A program made the position numbers and the translations under genes. The notes below the pieces were generated by a model, which was not told the origin of the DNA, searched no databases, and was given only the letters and a program-made list of their open reading frames with translations. From an uncultured bacterium (lineage in GTDB: Bacteria > Electryoneota > RPQS01), in NCBI GenBank assembly GCA_963735175.1, contig CAVTJX010000017.1, positions 1,793 through 65,792 on the forward strand: a DNA stretch of 64,000 nucleotides. Direction: 5' to 3'. Shown piece by piece: positions 40,970 to 51,368 of the stretch; position 1 is the first letter of the stretch; every line of letters begins with the position of its first letter.

Positions 40970-43522
40970 AGCGAGTGGCGCTGCTACTAATCGGTCTGGC
41001 GCTCGTGTGCCTGCGTGCAGACGCGGCGGAGGTGTTCGAACTGAACACCGCGACGCTGGATCAGCTCCATACGCTGCCGATCACCGATGCCCAGGCGGAT
41101 ATCATCTGGCAGCATTTGTTGTATGAAGGCCCCTTCGAATCGATCTACGAAGTGGGCGATCTACCCGGCTTTGACGCGCAGACGCTGGCCGCCCTGCGCG
41201 AGCGGATTCGCGTAAATTCGCCCCGCCCCGTCGACGCGCGCATCGAACGCATCGAAGACGCGTATTACCGCATCGAAACGCTGGGCACGGAAGAAGGCAC
41301 CAATGTCGGCCTGGTGGACGAATGGATCGACCGCCTGATGGAGCCCTTGAACGTCAACGAAGCGTCGCTGGACGAGCTGATGGACCTGCAGAATGTGTCG
41401 CCCGCGGACGCGGTGGCGATCTATCAGGGGGTGCAGCGGCAGGGCGGCATTCGCGGCGCGCGCGATCTGCGGGCGGTTCCCGGTCTTTCCGACTGGGGCT
41501 ATCGCAACGCGCGTAATTATCTCGGCTATGACAGCACGCGCCACGCCAACCGGCTGCACGGAACCTACACTTTCCGCGCCTACAACACGCCGTTCTTCGC
41601 CGACGAAGAACTGGCGATTGATCCGAGCGCACTGATCGATCCCCGGCCCGACGTCAGCCACAAACTGCGCATGACGTACGGCACAGTGAAAGGCGGAGTA
41701 CTGTGGCATCGCAACCTGGGCGAAGAAACGTTTTCCGCCAGCGGCACCGCTAATATTCCGGAATTGAAGTGGTTCGCCGGAATCGAGAAGCGCCGTCTCG
41801 GTCCCATTCAATTTGACCGGACTTACATCGGCAGTTATCAGGTCTCCTTCGGGCAGGGCCTGGTGATGGAAAGCGGCGACTATTTCAGTCCGCGCTATTC
41901 GGGTTTCGGCTTCGACAAGCGCATCACGGGCGTCGCCCCGGATCTTTCGCGCGCTCAGGAACTGACGATGCGCGGCGCGGCCACCGAGGCGCGCTACGGC
42001 AAGTTCAAGGCGGTGGGATTTTTCTCGGCGGACAAGAAAGACGCGGTCTTGAATCCCGACGGCTCGCTGAACCGCCTGATCACCCTCGTCCCCCGCACCG
42101 ATCAGGATATTTACCCCTCCTATCAGAAGCTGGAAAACGGCGACACGGTATTCGTGCCGGCGTATGCCGGCAGGCAGTCGATGCTGAACGCGGTGACGGA
42201 AGTCGGTCTCGGCGGCGAGTTGGCCTTCCGCCCGTGGGCCGGCGCCTCGCTGGGTTTTGCCGCAACGCAGTTCATGTACAATAAACCGCTTAAGCCGGAT
42301 CTTGGGCAAACGTACCGCTTTGACGCGAAGACCCGCTCGGGCGCCGACACGGCGGTGGAACTGTATGCCGTGATCGACCCGCAGGAGCGCGACGAGATCG
42401 CTGACAACGATCTCAATTCCGAGATCCGGACCGCTTACCGCTCCACTGGCACCTCATCGCTGTGGTCCGGAGCGAATTCTGTGCGGCGGATTTACGGCTT
42501 CAGTCTCATGAGCGTGCTGAACAACTACACGTTTCAGGCCGAATACGGTGAGATGGACAACGGCGGCGGCTTTCTGAAGCAGGGCGACGAGCCGCACGCG
42601 CTGGTGACGTCGCTGCACGCGCAGTGGAATTCGCTGACGGCACTGGCCGTCTACCGCGATTATTCCATCGACTACGACAATCCCTACTGCCGCGGTTTCT
42701 CCAACTACGCGCGCTACAACGGCTCAACCTACGAAGACGAGTTCTATCTTGCGCAACCGGTGTTCGCGCAGTTAGAGCGCAACGCGGCGGGACCGCAAGC
42801 CGAGCGCGGCGTCTACTTCTTCGACTCGCTATCAGGTTTCGCGGCCTCTGACCGTTGACGCCGAGGCGGACAACTGGACGCGCGTCGCCGATCAGGCGGA
42901 TTATTACCGCTGGGTGGCGAAAATCGCCTACCGGCCCGTCTGGCCGATCGTACTCCGTATCCGGCAGAAGTTGCAGGGACGCTGGAACTACGACTTTGAG
43001 AAAGAAACCGGATTCAAGACGTACGAGAATCGCATCAACCTTGAATTCCGCCTGTCGCGCTACGACAATATCGACTTCCTTTACGCCACCGGCTACACGA
43101 GCTTTACGCCCCGGCCACGACTCGGCGGTCAAGTCGATCCGAACGGCCTCTCGCCCCTGGATGCGCAGGGCGCTTCGCCGACAGAGGCGCTGGGCGTGCA
43201 GATGACGCACAACTTTTCGCCCTACTTCCGCGTGCGCGGCGCGTGGTTGATCTACGACGGTTTCTTCTGGAACTTCGAAGACAGCGACTTTGCCGTGCTC
43301 GACGGACGCTCGTCTCGCTGGTGGGTGTCGATTTCGAACCGGCTTTCCGGTTCGCTGGCATTGCGCGCTAAGCTGACCGGCGACAGTGCTTATCCCGTTA
43401 CGTGGGTGCAGGCCCGCGACAACAACGCCTATCCGACGACAATTCCGGGCCGCGAATATACGGGCGACAATGTGACGAAAAACGCGTTGTCATTCCGCAT
43501 CCAGCTCGATTACCTGTTTTGA
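40966..43522 (+). CDS. Outer-membrane beta-barrel protein with two N-terminal ComEA-like helix-hairpin-helix domains, +1 break ~42815-42830
   Basis: LNTATLDQLHTLPITDAQADIIWQHLLYEGPFESIYEVGDLPGF and LNVNEASLDELMDLQNVSPADAVAIYQG...LRAVPGL, followed by ~650 aa of beta-rich sequence ending ...SFRIQLDYLF*. ATGA overlap with the upstream gene. Confidence 0.6.
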
Positions 43523-43581
43523 TCTCACGTGTCGCTTGATCCCGCCCTGGGGGCGGATGAACCTCTCTCCACTGATACAGC

Positions 43582-44448
43582 ATGGCAATTCTGATTGACG
43601 AAAACAGCCGCGTGATCGTGCAGGGCGTCACCGGCGGCGCCGGCATGTTCCACGCGGGCGAAATGAAGAGCTATGGAACCCGCATCGTCGCCGGCACATC
43701 GCCGGGCAAGGGCGGTTCCACTGTGCACGATATTCCCGTTTACGATACCGTCGCCGAATGCGTCGCCCATCATCAGGCCGACACATCGGTGATCTTCCTC
43801 CCCGCCGCGGCCGTGAAGGATGCCGTGATTGAAGCGGTGCACGCGGGCATCCGCACAGTGGTGGTTGTGCCCGAGCACATCCCCATCGCCGACATGATGC
43901 TCATCCGCCGGGAGGCGCAAAAGCACGGCGCGCTGATTCTCGGCGGCAACACGGCAGGCGTGATTTCGCCCGGCCGTGCCAATATCGGCATCATTCCGCC
44001 GCTCGCGTTCAAGCGCGGACGGGTGGGAACGGTCTCGCGTTCGGGTTCTATCACCTACTATCTCGCGGACACACTGTCACGCGCGGGCTACGGTGAAACG
44101 ACTTGCGTGGGCCTCGGCGGCGACCCCGTGCTCGGCAGCACTTTCAACGACGTGCTGGCACTGTTCGAAAAGGATCCGGAAACAAAAGCCGTGTGCCTGG
44201 CGGGCGAAATCGGCGGTGTCTACGAGGAAATCGCCGCGCAGACAATTTCCAAAATGTCGAAGCCGGTGATCGCGATCATCGGCGGGGTCTTCGCCCCGCA
44301 GGGCAAGCGCATGGGCCACGCCGGCGCGATTGTGGAAGGCGAGATGGGCACAGCGCAATCCAAGCTGAAGGCACTCGAGGCCGGCGGCGCGCACATTGCA
44401 AAGACGTTTAAGGACATTCCCGAGATCCTCGCGCGGCTGCACGTTTGA
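43582..44448 (+). CDS. sucD: Succinate--CoA ligase alpha subunit (CoA-binding/ligase-CoA); no adjacent beta subunit
   Basis: [24 protein letters not shown]...[10 protein letters not shown]...GLGGDP...[11 protein letters not shown]. Confidence 0.85.
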   Translation: MAILIDENSRVIVQGVTGGAGMFHAGEMKSYGTRIVAGTSPGKGGSTVHDIPVYDTVAECVAHHQADTSVIFLPAAAVKDAVIEAVHAGIRTVVVVPEHIPIADMMLIRREAQKHGALILGGNTAGVISPGRANIGIIPPLAFKRGRVGTVSRSGSITYYLADTLSRAGYGETTCVGLGGDPVLGSTFNDVLALFEKDPETKAVCLAGEIGGVYEEIAAQTISKMSKPVIAIIGGVFAPQGKRMGHAGAIVEGEMGTAQSKLKALEAGGAHIAKTFKDIPEILARLHV

Positions 44449-44450
44449 GC

Positions 44451-45314
44451 ATGAAACCCGTCCCGCCCGCGAAGAAAAGCCTCGGGCAGTGCTTTCTTGT
44501 CGAGCATAGCTATGCCTGGCAAATTGCCGATGCGCTGAGCATTCAACGCGGCGAGACAGTTCTTGAAGTCGGACCCGGGCGCGGGATGCTGACCGAAGCG
44601 CTGCTGGAACGCGGCGCGCGCGTGATCGCGATTGAAATTGACCAGCGTCTGCTGGAGCCGTTGCGGGAGCGGTTCGGTGCGTTGTCGAATTTCGAGCTGC
44701 GGCATGAGGATTTTCTCGCGACCGACATCGAGCGGCTGCTACCCTCCGGCAGCGCCAAGGTGGCAGGCAATCTGCCCTACCATCTCGTCGCGCAAATCGT
44801 TTTCAAGCTGTTGGAGCACGCGCGCTGCGCGCGGCACAACGCCAGCTTGCCGTGGATCGATGCGGCGGTGTTGATGATGCAGAAGGAAGTCGCTGACCGG
44901 GTCGTGGCGCGGCCAGGCGGCAAGGCGTGGAGCCGGATTTCCGTCTTCACGCAACTCGAAGCCGCCGCTCACGCGGTGACAACCGTTCCGGCCGGCGCGT
45001 TTCGTCCGGTGCCACAGGTGGACGGCGGCGTGGTGCGTCTCGATTTCCAGCGCCTGCCGGAGAACTACCCGCGCGATTTTCAGATTTTCGAACGCATCGT
45101 CCGCTACACGTTTCATCAGCGACGCAAGATGCTGAAATCCTCGCTGTCAGGTCTCGCGGGAATCCACCCCTTCTGGCAGGACGCCGCCCTTGATTTTACA
45201 CGGCGGCCGGAAACGCTTTCCACCGCCGAGTGGGTGCAACTCGCGGATGTGATCGCCGCGGCGCAAACGCGGCGCGATCGATCGCCCGACGATTCGCCTT
45301 CCGTTTTCGAATAA
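44451..45314 (+). CDS. rsmA: 16S rRNA (adenine1518/1519-N6)-dimethyltransferase
   Basis: KKSLGQCFLVEHSYAWQIADAL...VLEVGPGRGMLTEALL...VAGNLPYHL. Confidence 0.9.
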   Translation: MKPVPPAKKSLGQCFLVEHSYAWQIADALSIQRGETVLEVGPGRGMLTEALLERGARVIAIEIDQRLLEPLRERFGALSNFELRHEDFLATDIERLLPSGSAKVAGNLPYHLVAQIVFKLLEHARCARHNASLPWIDAAVLMMQKEVADRVVARPGGKAWSRISVFTQLEAAAHAVTTVPAGAFRPVPQVDGGVVRLDFQRLPENYPRDFQIFERIVRYTFHQRRKMLKSSLSGLAGIHPFWQDAALDFTRRPETLSTAEWVQLADVIAAAQTRRDRSPDDSPSVFE

Positions 45315-45356
45315 CGCCGGCAAATTCAGGCCGGCGCATTCATAGGGTCCGCCTCC

Positions 45357-46145
45357 ATGTCCGTGCTCGTTCAGGCCCAGGGGATTGTGTTGCATCGGCT
45401 GCGCCACGGCGAAACGTCGCTCATTCTGAACGTCTTCACCCGCGAATTCGGGAAGATCGGACTGATGGCCAAGGGCGCACGCGGGAAAAGCAAGCTCGCC
45501 TCCTCGGCGGGACTGGAACTTTTCAACGAGGCACAGTTCGTTTTTTACCGCAAGCCAACGCGCGATCTGCAGATGTTGAAGGAGTGGGCGTTGAACGCCG
45601 CGCATTCGCCGCTGCGCGAGGATCTCGACCGACTGACGGTGGGCAGCGCTATCATGGAATTGCTCTCCCGCTGCCTGCACGAAGAAGATCCGCATCCGGA
45701 ACTTTACGACACCACCGTGGCGGCGCTGAAAGCCCTTGACGACCGCCCCGCGCACCCGCTGCCGCTGTTGTGGGCCTTTGAGCTGCAACTGTTCCGCGTG
45801 CTGGGCTTCGCACTGCAGATTGAAAACTGTGTACTCAGCGGCCGGTCGCTCGTGCCGCCCTTTGAACGAGAGATTCGCTACCGCCTGACCGACGGCAGCT
45901 TCGCGCATCCCGCGGCGCCGAGCGACGCGTCCTTTGCGGGCGGCCTTTCGCCGGAAGCGTTTGGCGCTTTGGGCGCACTCGTCAATTTGCCGCCGGATTT
46001 CGCGGGCAAGATGGTGCTGGGGCCGCGCGCCAACCGCGAGATCGCCCACTTCCTCATGCGCTATCTTGAAACACATTTGCCCGTTAAGGGCCGACTGCGC
46101 TCGCTGAATGCGCTCTCCTGGGGCGCGCCTCCGTCCGAATCCTGA
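45357..46145 (+). CDS. recO: DNA repair protein RecO
   Basis: QAQGIVLHRLRHGETSLILNVFTREFGKIGLMAKGARG... and a C-terminal helical domain; intact. Confidence 0.8.
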   Translation: MSVLVQAQGIVLHRLRHGETSLILNVFTREFGKIGLMAKGARGKSKLASSAGLELFNEAQFVFYRKPTRDLQMLKEWALNAAHSPLREDLDRLTVGSAIMELLSRCLHEEDPHPELYDTTVAALKALDDRPAHPLPLLWAFELQLFRVLGFALQIENCVLSGRSLVPPFEREIRYRLTDGSFAHPAAPSDASFAGGLSPEAFGALGALVNLPPDFAGKMVLGPRANREIAHFLMRYLETHLPVKGRLRSLNALSWGAPPSES

Positions 46146-46180
46146 ATTTGTAATTCATCCCCCACCTAATCCGCATATCC

Positions 46181-47593
46181 ATGGCAAAACAAACCGTGAT
46201 GGACAAGGTCGTCAGCCTCTGCAAGCGGCGCGGCTTCGTCTTTCAATCCTCGGAAATCTACGGCGGTCTCTCCAGCACCTGGGACTACGGCCCGCTGGGA
46301 GTGACGCTCAAGAACAATATCGCGGCCTTCTGGTGGCGCGAAATGACGCAGCTCCACGAGAATATCGTGGGCATCGACGCGGCGATTCTCATGCACCCGC
46401 GGGTGTGGGAAGCGTCGGGACACGTGGCGGGCTTCGTCGATCCACTGGTCGACTGCAAGCAGTGCAAGGCGCGCTTCAAGGCGCAGGACCTCGTCAAGCA
46501 GTGGCGCGCGAAGAAGAAGATCGAGGCGCTGGGCGGCGCGGACATTCCCGAAGGCGGCGAGGGCGATCTCGAGCATCTGCGCAAGATCCGCTGGGCCGAA
46601 ACCATGTGCCCCCAGTGCGGCACGACGGGCAACCTGACCGAGCCCCGGCTCTTCAATTTGATGTTGAAGACGTTCCTCGGCCCCGTCGAAGAGGCAGCCG
46701 CGGCAGTGTATCTGCGTCCCGAAACCGCGCAGGGCATCTACGTTAATTATCAGAACGTCGTCAATACCGCGCGCGTCAAGATTCCCTTCGGCATCGCGCA
46801 GATCGGCAAGGCGTTCCGCAACGAGATCACGCCGGGTAACTTCATCTTCCGCACGCGCGAGTTCGAGCAGATGGAAATGCAGTTTTTCGTCAAGCCCGGC
46901 GAGCACACGGCGTGGCTCGAACGCTGGCGCGATGAACGCTACAACTATTACCTGAAGCTCGGGATACAGGCGGAGAAGCTGCGTTTGCACCAGCACACGC
47001 CGCGCGAGCTGGCGCACTACGCCTCCGACGCCTATGACATCGAATACGAATTCCCCTTCGGCTGGCAGGAGCTGGAAGGTATTCACAGCCGTACGGACTT
47101 CGACCTCAAGCGCCATGCCGAATTCTCGGGCAAGGACCTGTCGTATTTTGAGGAAGAAACGAAGGAACGATATGTGCCGTACATCGTCGAAACATCGGCG
47201 GGGCTGAATCGCACACTTTTGACCTGCCTGACCGACGCCTACTATGAGGACGTGCAGGAAGGCGAACCGCGTGTGGCGCTGCGCCTCGCGCCGCACATCG
47301 CGCCGATCAAGGTGGGCATATATTCGCTGGTGAAGAAAGACAACCTGCCGGAGATCGCTAATAAGATCGCGGCGGACCTGCGGACGGTGTGCACTGTTTC
47401 AACGGATCACCAGGGTTCCATTGGCCGCCGCTACCGGCGGATGGACGAGATCGGTACGCCCTGGGGTGTCACCGTCGACTACCAGACTCTCGAAGACCAG
47501 ACGGTGACGCTGCGCGACCGTGATTCGCTGGAGCAGATCCGAATTTCTACCGACCAGTTGATTCCCGAAATCCGGCGCCGCCTCGGTTTCTAA
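46181..47593 (+). CDS. glyQS: Glycine--tRNA ligase (dimeric class II)
   Basis: VSLCKRRGFVFQSSEIYGGLSSTWDYGPLGVTLKNNI...GKAFRNEITPGNFIFRTREFEQMEMQFF. Confidence 0.95.
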   Translation: MAKQTVMDKVVSLCKRRGFVFQSSEIYGGLSSTWDYGPLGVTLKNNIAAFWWREMTQLHENIVGIDAAILMHPRVWEASGHVAGFVDPLVDCKQCKARFKAQDLVKQWRAKKKIEALGGADIPEGGEGDLEHLRKIRWAETMCPQCGTTGNLTEPRLFNLMLKTFLGPVEEAAAAVYLRPETAQGIYVNYQNVVNTARVKIPFGIAQIGKAFRNEITPGNFIFRTREFEQMEMQFFVKPGEHTAWLERWRDERYNYYLKLGIQAEKLRLHQHTPRELAHYASDAYDIEYEFPFGWQELEGIHSRTDFDLKRHAEFSGKDLSYFEEETKERYVPYIVETSAGLNRTLLTCLTDAYYEDVQEGEPRVALRLAPHIAPIKVGIYSLVKKDNLPEIANKIAADLRTVCTVSTDHQGSIGRRYRRMDEIGTPWGVTVDYQTLEDQTVTLRDRDSLEQIRISTDQLIPEIRRRLGF

Positions 47594-47637
47594 GGCTTCG
47601 CGGATGACTCCATCTTATTGTGTAAGGCGGTTGATTC

Positions 47638-48396
47638 ATGTTGATCCGGGAACTGGAGCGGCAGGGTGACTGGCTGTTCCGCTATCGCAGCTATGTGCCG
47701 CTGGCGCTGCTGCCGCTGGGCATCATCGCGCTGTCGTACCACGCCGAATACCTCGGCGGTTCACCCACGATTGAGCTCTTCTACGAGATCGGCTGCCTGC
47801 TAATATCGGTCAGCGGCCTCGTCGTGCGCGGGATCGCCCTCGGCCACGCGCAACCGCGCACCTCGGGACGCAACACAGCGGAGCAGATTGCGGACAGCCT
47901 GAACACCCAGGGTATCTATTCCGTCGTCCGCCATCCACTTTACCTCGGCAACATGCTGATGATCCTCGGCGTACTGCTCTTCACCAAGTCGTTTTTTCTC
48001 GCGCTCGCGGGAATGCTTTTCTATCTGCTCTTCTATGAGCGCATCATCGCCCGCGAAGAGCAGTTCCTTGAGGGTAAGTTCGGCGAAACGTTCCGCGAAT
48101 GGGCCGGGCGCACGCCGCTGCTGTGGCCGCGCCTGTCGCTGTGGCAGGATCCAGGCTATCCGTTCAACGGGCGCGCCGCCGTCAAGGGAGAATTTTACGG
48201 TTTTACCGCCACGGTGACGGTGATGATGCTCATGGATATCCTGAAGAACTGGTTCATTGTCAACCGCCTCGGGACGAGCATTTTCTGGGTGGCGCTGTTC
48301 GGCGTTGCGGTGATCACTTTCTTCGTGCTGCGGCATCTGCGCAAGCATACCAGGTTTTTTGAAAGCCGGCAGGACACGGAGCCCGTAAAGCCATAA
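47638..48396 (+). CDS. ICMT/PEMT-family membrane methyltransferase
   Basis: GIYSVVRHPLYLGNMLMILGVLLF...ERIIAREEQFLEGKFGETFREW is a typical ICMT/PEMT signature; multi-TM. Confidence 0.6.
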   Translation: MLIRELERQGDWLFRYRSYVPLALLPLGIIALSYHAEYLGGSPTIELFYEIGCLLISVSGLVVRGIALGHAQPRTSGRNTAEQIADSLNTQGIYSVVRHPLYLGNMLMILGVLLFTKSFFLALAGMLFYLLFYERIIAREEQFLEGKFGETFREWAGRTPLLWPRLSLWQDPGYPFNGRAAVKGEFYGFTATVTVMMLMDILKNWFIVNRLGTSIFWVALFGVAVITFFVLRHLRKHTRFFESRQDTEPVKP

Positions 48397-48426
48397 CGGC
48401 GGTCCGGGTCGCGGTCAGACAGCGAA

Positions 48427-48462
48427 TTGAAAAGCCCTCCGGCATGCCGGAGGGCTTTTCAA
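48427..48462. terminator. Bidirectional terminator hairpin between convergent genes
   Basis: TTGAAAAGCCCTCCGG-catg-CCGGAGGGCTTTTCAA. Confidence 0.8.
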
Positions 48463-48482
48463 TTCACGATAATCGCGCGCGC

Positions 48483-48929
48483 TTAGTTCGTCTTCACCAC
48501 GTCGACGGTGACGTTAACGACGACTTCGCGGTGGAGGCGAATCGGGATCTGGTACTCGCCCAAGTGACGGATCGGCTCTTCGAGCTGAATCTTGCGGCGG
48601 TCGATTTCGACGCCGCGCTCCTTGATGAGATCGGCGATGTCGGCCGCGGTGACCGAACCGAACATGCGATCCTCTTCCCCGACCTGCACACTGGCGATGA
48701 CGCGCAATCCTTCAAGCTTGGCGCTGACGTCCCCGGCGGCGCGGCGTTCCTTGAGATCGCGGCGGCCGGCCAGGCGCTTTTCTTCTTCAACGCGCGCGAG
48801 GTGAGCCTTGGTGGCGGGGTAGACGATGCCCTGGGGGATAAGATAATTGCGGGCGTAACCGGGTTTGACGGTGACGGTCTCGCCCAGGCGGCCGAGCGTC
48901 TCAAAATCCTTGCGAAGAATAACCTGCAT
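48483..48929 (-). CDS. rplI: 50S ribosomal protein L9
   Basis: MQVILRKDFETLGRLGETVTVKPGYARNYLIPQGI. Confidence 0.95.
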   Translation of the reverse strand: MQVILRKDFETLGRLGETVTVKPGYARNYLIPQGIVYPATKAHLARVEEEKRLAGRRDLKERRAAGDVSAKLEGLRVIASVQVGEEDRMFGSVTAADIADLIKERGVEIDRRKIQLEEPIRHLGEYQIPIRLHREVVVNVTVDVVKTN

Positions 48930-48953
48930 AGAGTTCTCTATCCTGCTGAAGCG

Positions 48954-49457
48954 TTAAATCTTGATTCCGCGGTAACCGAAACCGAAATCGTTTTCGGATT
49001 TGGCCGGCTCGCCCGGCGTGGTGTCGGGAGACATTTCGCCGCTTTCGCCGTTGTCAAGGACCGGTTGGTCGTGGTCGTGCTCGTAAATCGAGCTTTCCTC
49101 GTGATGCACGTCACGGTGGTTTAAGAACTGGATCCGGCGGGCTTTGATTTCGACGGTACTGCGATTAAAACCATCTTCGGTCTTCCAACTGCGGCTCTGC
49201 AGCTCACCTTCCACCAGCACCGCGCTGCCTTTGCGCAGATTTTCGTAGCAGCTTTCGGCCAGTTTGTACCACGCGACCACACCGATGAAACAGACATCCT
49301 CCTTGATGATCCCGCTGTTGTCCTTGAACTTGCGGTTGGAGGCAATCGTAAAATTTGCGACAGGAACCCCGGTAGTGGTGTTCCGGAACGTCGGATCTTT
49401 GATCAGATTGCCGACGATGATGACGCTGTTGATATCCGGCATCCGCAAGTCAGCCAT
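48954..49457 (-). CDS. ssb: Single-stranded DNA-binding protein (atypical C-terminal tail)
   Basis: INSVIIVGNLIKDPTFRNTTTGVPVANFTIASNRKF...LVEGELQSRSWKTEDG...VEIKARRIQFL. The tail ends ...ENDFGFGYRGIKI instead of the acidic D-D-D-I/L-P-F. Confidence 0.8.
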   Translation of the reverse strand: MADLRMPDINSVIIVGNLIKDPTFRNTTTGVPVANFTIASNRKFKDNSGIIKEDVCFIGVVAWYKLAESCYENLRKGSAVLVEGELQSRSWKTEDGFNRSTVEIKARRIQFLNHRDVHHEESSIYEHDHDQPVLDNGESGEMSPDTTPGEPAKSENDFGFGYRGIKI

Positions 49458-49537
49458 GGCTTACTCTCCCTCGCTTATCCGGTACACTTGCTCTTACCGG
49501 CAGGCGACAGGCGCCTGCTCTGCAAACCGCCAGAGGC

Positions 49538-49978
49538 TCAGGCCACGCTCCCGGGGATTGTGGGTTCGGCTGCGTCGCTCTCCGTCGCTGACTCTACCGC
49601 CACCGACTCCGTTACGACCGGGGCCGGCTCCGGGACGACTTCCGGCGCCGCGCCCAGCGTACGGATCGATTCCAAATCTGTCTCCGGTACACGCTTCGGT
49701 TCCACCAGCGTAATCAGATGCCGGATCACCGACGAATTGATACGCACGGTGCGGTCCAGTTCGGCCACCATCGCCGCCTCGGTATCAAAAACCGCGAGCA
49801 CGTAATAGCCGTATTGCCGGCCGCGGATTTCATAAGACAAACGGCGCTTGCCCCAGCGTTCCCAGCGGCGCATCAGGCCGTTCGCGGCGATCATTTCAGT
49901 CAACTTGCGCAGATCCGTCTCGATCACTTCGACTTCGAGGCCCGGATCAAAGACCAGCACTAATTCGTACGATCGCAT
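49538..49978 (-). CDS. rpsF: 30S ribosomal protein S6
   Basis: MRSYELVLVFDPGLEVEVIE...WGKRRLSYEIRGRQYGYYVL. Confidence 0.95.
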   Translation of the reverse strand: MRSYELVLVFDPGLEVEVIETDLRKLTEMIAANGLMRRWERWGKRRLSYEIRGRQYGYYVLAVFDTEAAMVAELDRTVRINSSVIRHLITLVEPKRVPETDLESIRTLGAAPEVVPEPAPVVTESVAVESATESDAAEPTIPGSVA

Positions 49979-50002
49979 ACGTCAGGATTCTCCCTTTGGA
50001 CA

Positions 50003-50617
50003 TTATTCGTCCGACGAGCGGTCCTCGCCGGAAGGGCTATTGTTCTTCGATTGCCGCTTGGTATTGAAGCGATTCATGGCGGCTTCAAGGCCGTCATGTA
50101 AATAACAGTCGACGGCGTCAGTCGCCTGCTCGAGCGCCTGATCAACCGCGTCGCGCAAATCTTTCGGAAAACGGGCGAGCACGTGACTCGCGATATCGGC
50201 GCCCTGATCCCCCCCGCCCACTCCGATGCGCAACCGCGCGAACTCATCGCTGCCTAACGTGTCGATGATCGAGCGCAGGCCCTTTTGGCCGCCGGCCCCT
50301 CCCGTCTCGCGCAGGCGCAGGTGGCCGAGCGGAAGATTCACATCGTCACAGACCACCAATAGACCGGATTGCGGAACGCGGTGCCATGCCATCGCCGCCT
50401 GTACCGGACCGCCCGACAAATTCATGTACGCCAGTGGGCGCAATAGAATCACCTTGTCCGCGCCGGGAAGCGCCGCTTCTTCGGACTTGCCCGAACGCGA
50501 GCGTCGAAACGTCACTCCTGCGCGTCGCGCTAAACGGGCCGCCACGTCGAAGCCGACGTTGTGCGGCGTTCCGTCGTACTCCGGTCCCGGGTTGCCTAAA
50601 CCGACTATCAGCGGCAT
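50003..50617 (-). CDS. pth: Peptidyl-tRNA hydrolase
   Basis: MPLIVGLGNPGPEYDGTPHNVGF...YMNLSG...GGAGGQKGLRSI. Confidence 0.95.
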   Translation of the reverse strand: MPLIVGLGNPGPEYDGTPHNVGFDVAARLARRAGVTFRRSRSGKSEEAALPGADKVILLRPLAYMNLSGGPVQAAMAWHRVPQSGLLVVCDDVNLPLGHLRLRETGGAGGQKGLRSIIDTLGSDEFARLRIGVGGGDQGADIASHVLARFPKDLRDAVDQALEQATDAVDCYLHDGLEAAMNRFNTKRQSKNNSPSGEDRSSDE

Positions 50618-50676
50618 GGCGGCGTCTCAAGGGTGAAAGCCGCAGCGGTGAGCGGCACGTAGCGGCGTTCGGGAAT

Positions 50677-51312
50677 CTACTTCCCTTCCTCTTCCTTCGG
50701 CTTGCGCTCGGTGATGACTTCCGGTTCCTTCGTCTCGGCTGCGGCCGCGACTGCGGTTTCTTCAGCAGCCACCGTGCGCGGAGGCACCACGTGCACCACA
50801 GGCGCCGTCGGATCGCCGTGCAGAATGAGACCTTCGTAATGCAGATCGCCCAGCTTGATCGCCTCGTTCAGGGCCAGCGGGGTAACGTCGATCTCGACGA
50901 ATGGCGGCAACTGCGCGGGTTCGCACTCGACGTCGAGGTCGCGCATAACGACTTCCAGCAGACCGCCTTCCTTGGTGCCGACGGCGATACCCACAGTATG
51001 CACGGGGACGTGAGCGCGGATCTTCTGGCCCTTGACGACACCCATCAAATCGATGTGGATGACGTTGCGGCGGATCGGATGGCGTTGCACTTCGCGGATG
51101 ATGCAGTCGAGGGTCTCGCCGTTGACGTCGACGCGCAGCATACCGATCTCATGCCGCAGCAGGTTCGCCAGTACGTTGTTCTCAAACTGCAAGGCGCGAT
51201 TGACGCCGTCACGGTTGTAATAGATCCCGGGAACAAGGCCGGTGCGGCGCAGGGCCTTACCGGTCATTTTCCGTGGATCGCGCTCTTCGGCGCGGATTCG
51301 AATCTCGGCCAT
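50677..51312 (-). CDS. rplY: 50S ribosomal protein L25 / general stress protein Ctc
   Basis: RKMTGKALRRTGLVPGIYYN...EVQRHPIRRNVIHIDL. Confidence 0.9.
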   Translation of the reverse strand: MAEIRIRAEERDPRKMTGKALRRTGLVPGIYYNRDGVNRALQFENNVLANLLRHEIGMLRVDVNGETLDCIIREVQRHPIRRNVIHIDLMGVVKGQKIRAHVPVHTVGIAVGTKEGGLLEVVMRDLDVECEPAQLPPFVEIDVTPLALNEAIKLGDLHYEGLILHGDPTAPVVHVVPPRTVAAEETAVAAAAETKEPEVITERKPKEEEGK

Positions 51313-51368
51313 GTTGAAAGGTCTTCCTGTATGTCAAAATTCAAAGCTTCGAAAATCGGGGGCCACGT

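Noticed and set aside
42283-42296. CCGCTTAAGCCGG inside the HhH-OMP gene (and CCCGGGTTGCC at ~50587 in pth) as extra copies of the RAYT-flanking repeat core
   Set aside because: These are only partial matches (about 10-12 nt, with a mismatch) lying in-frame within conserved coding sequence. They are most likely chance matches in GC-rich DNA.
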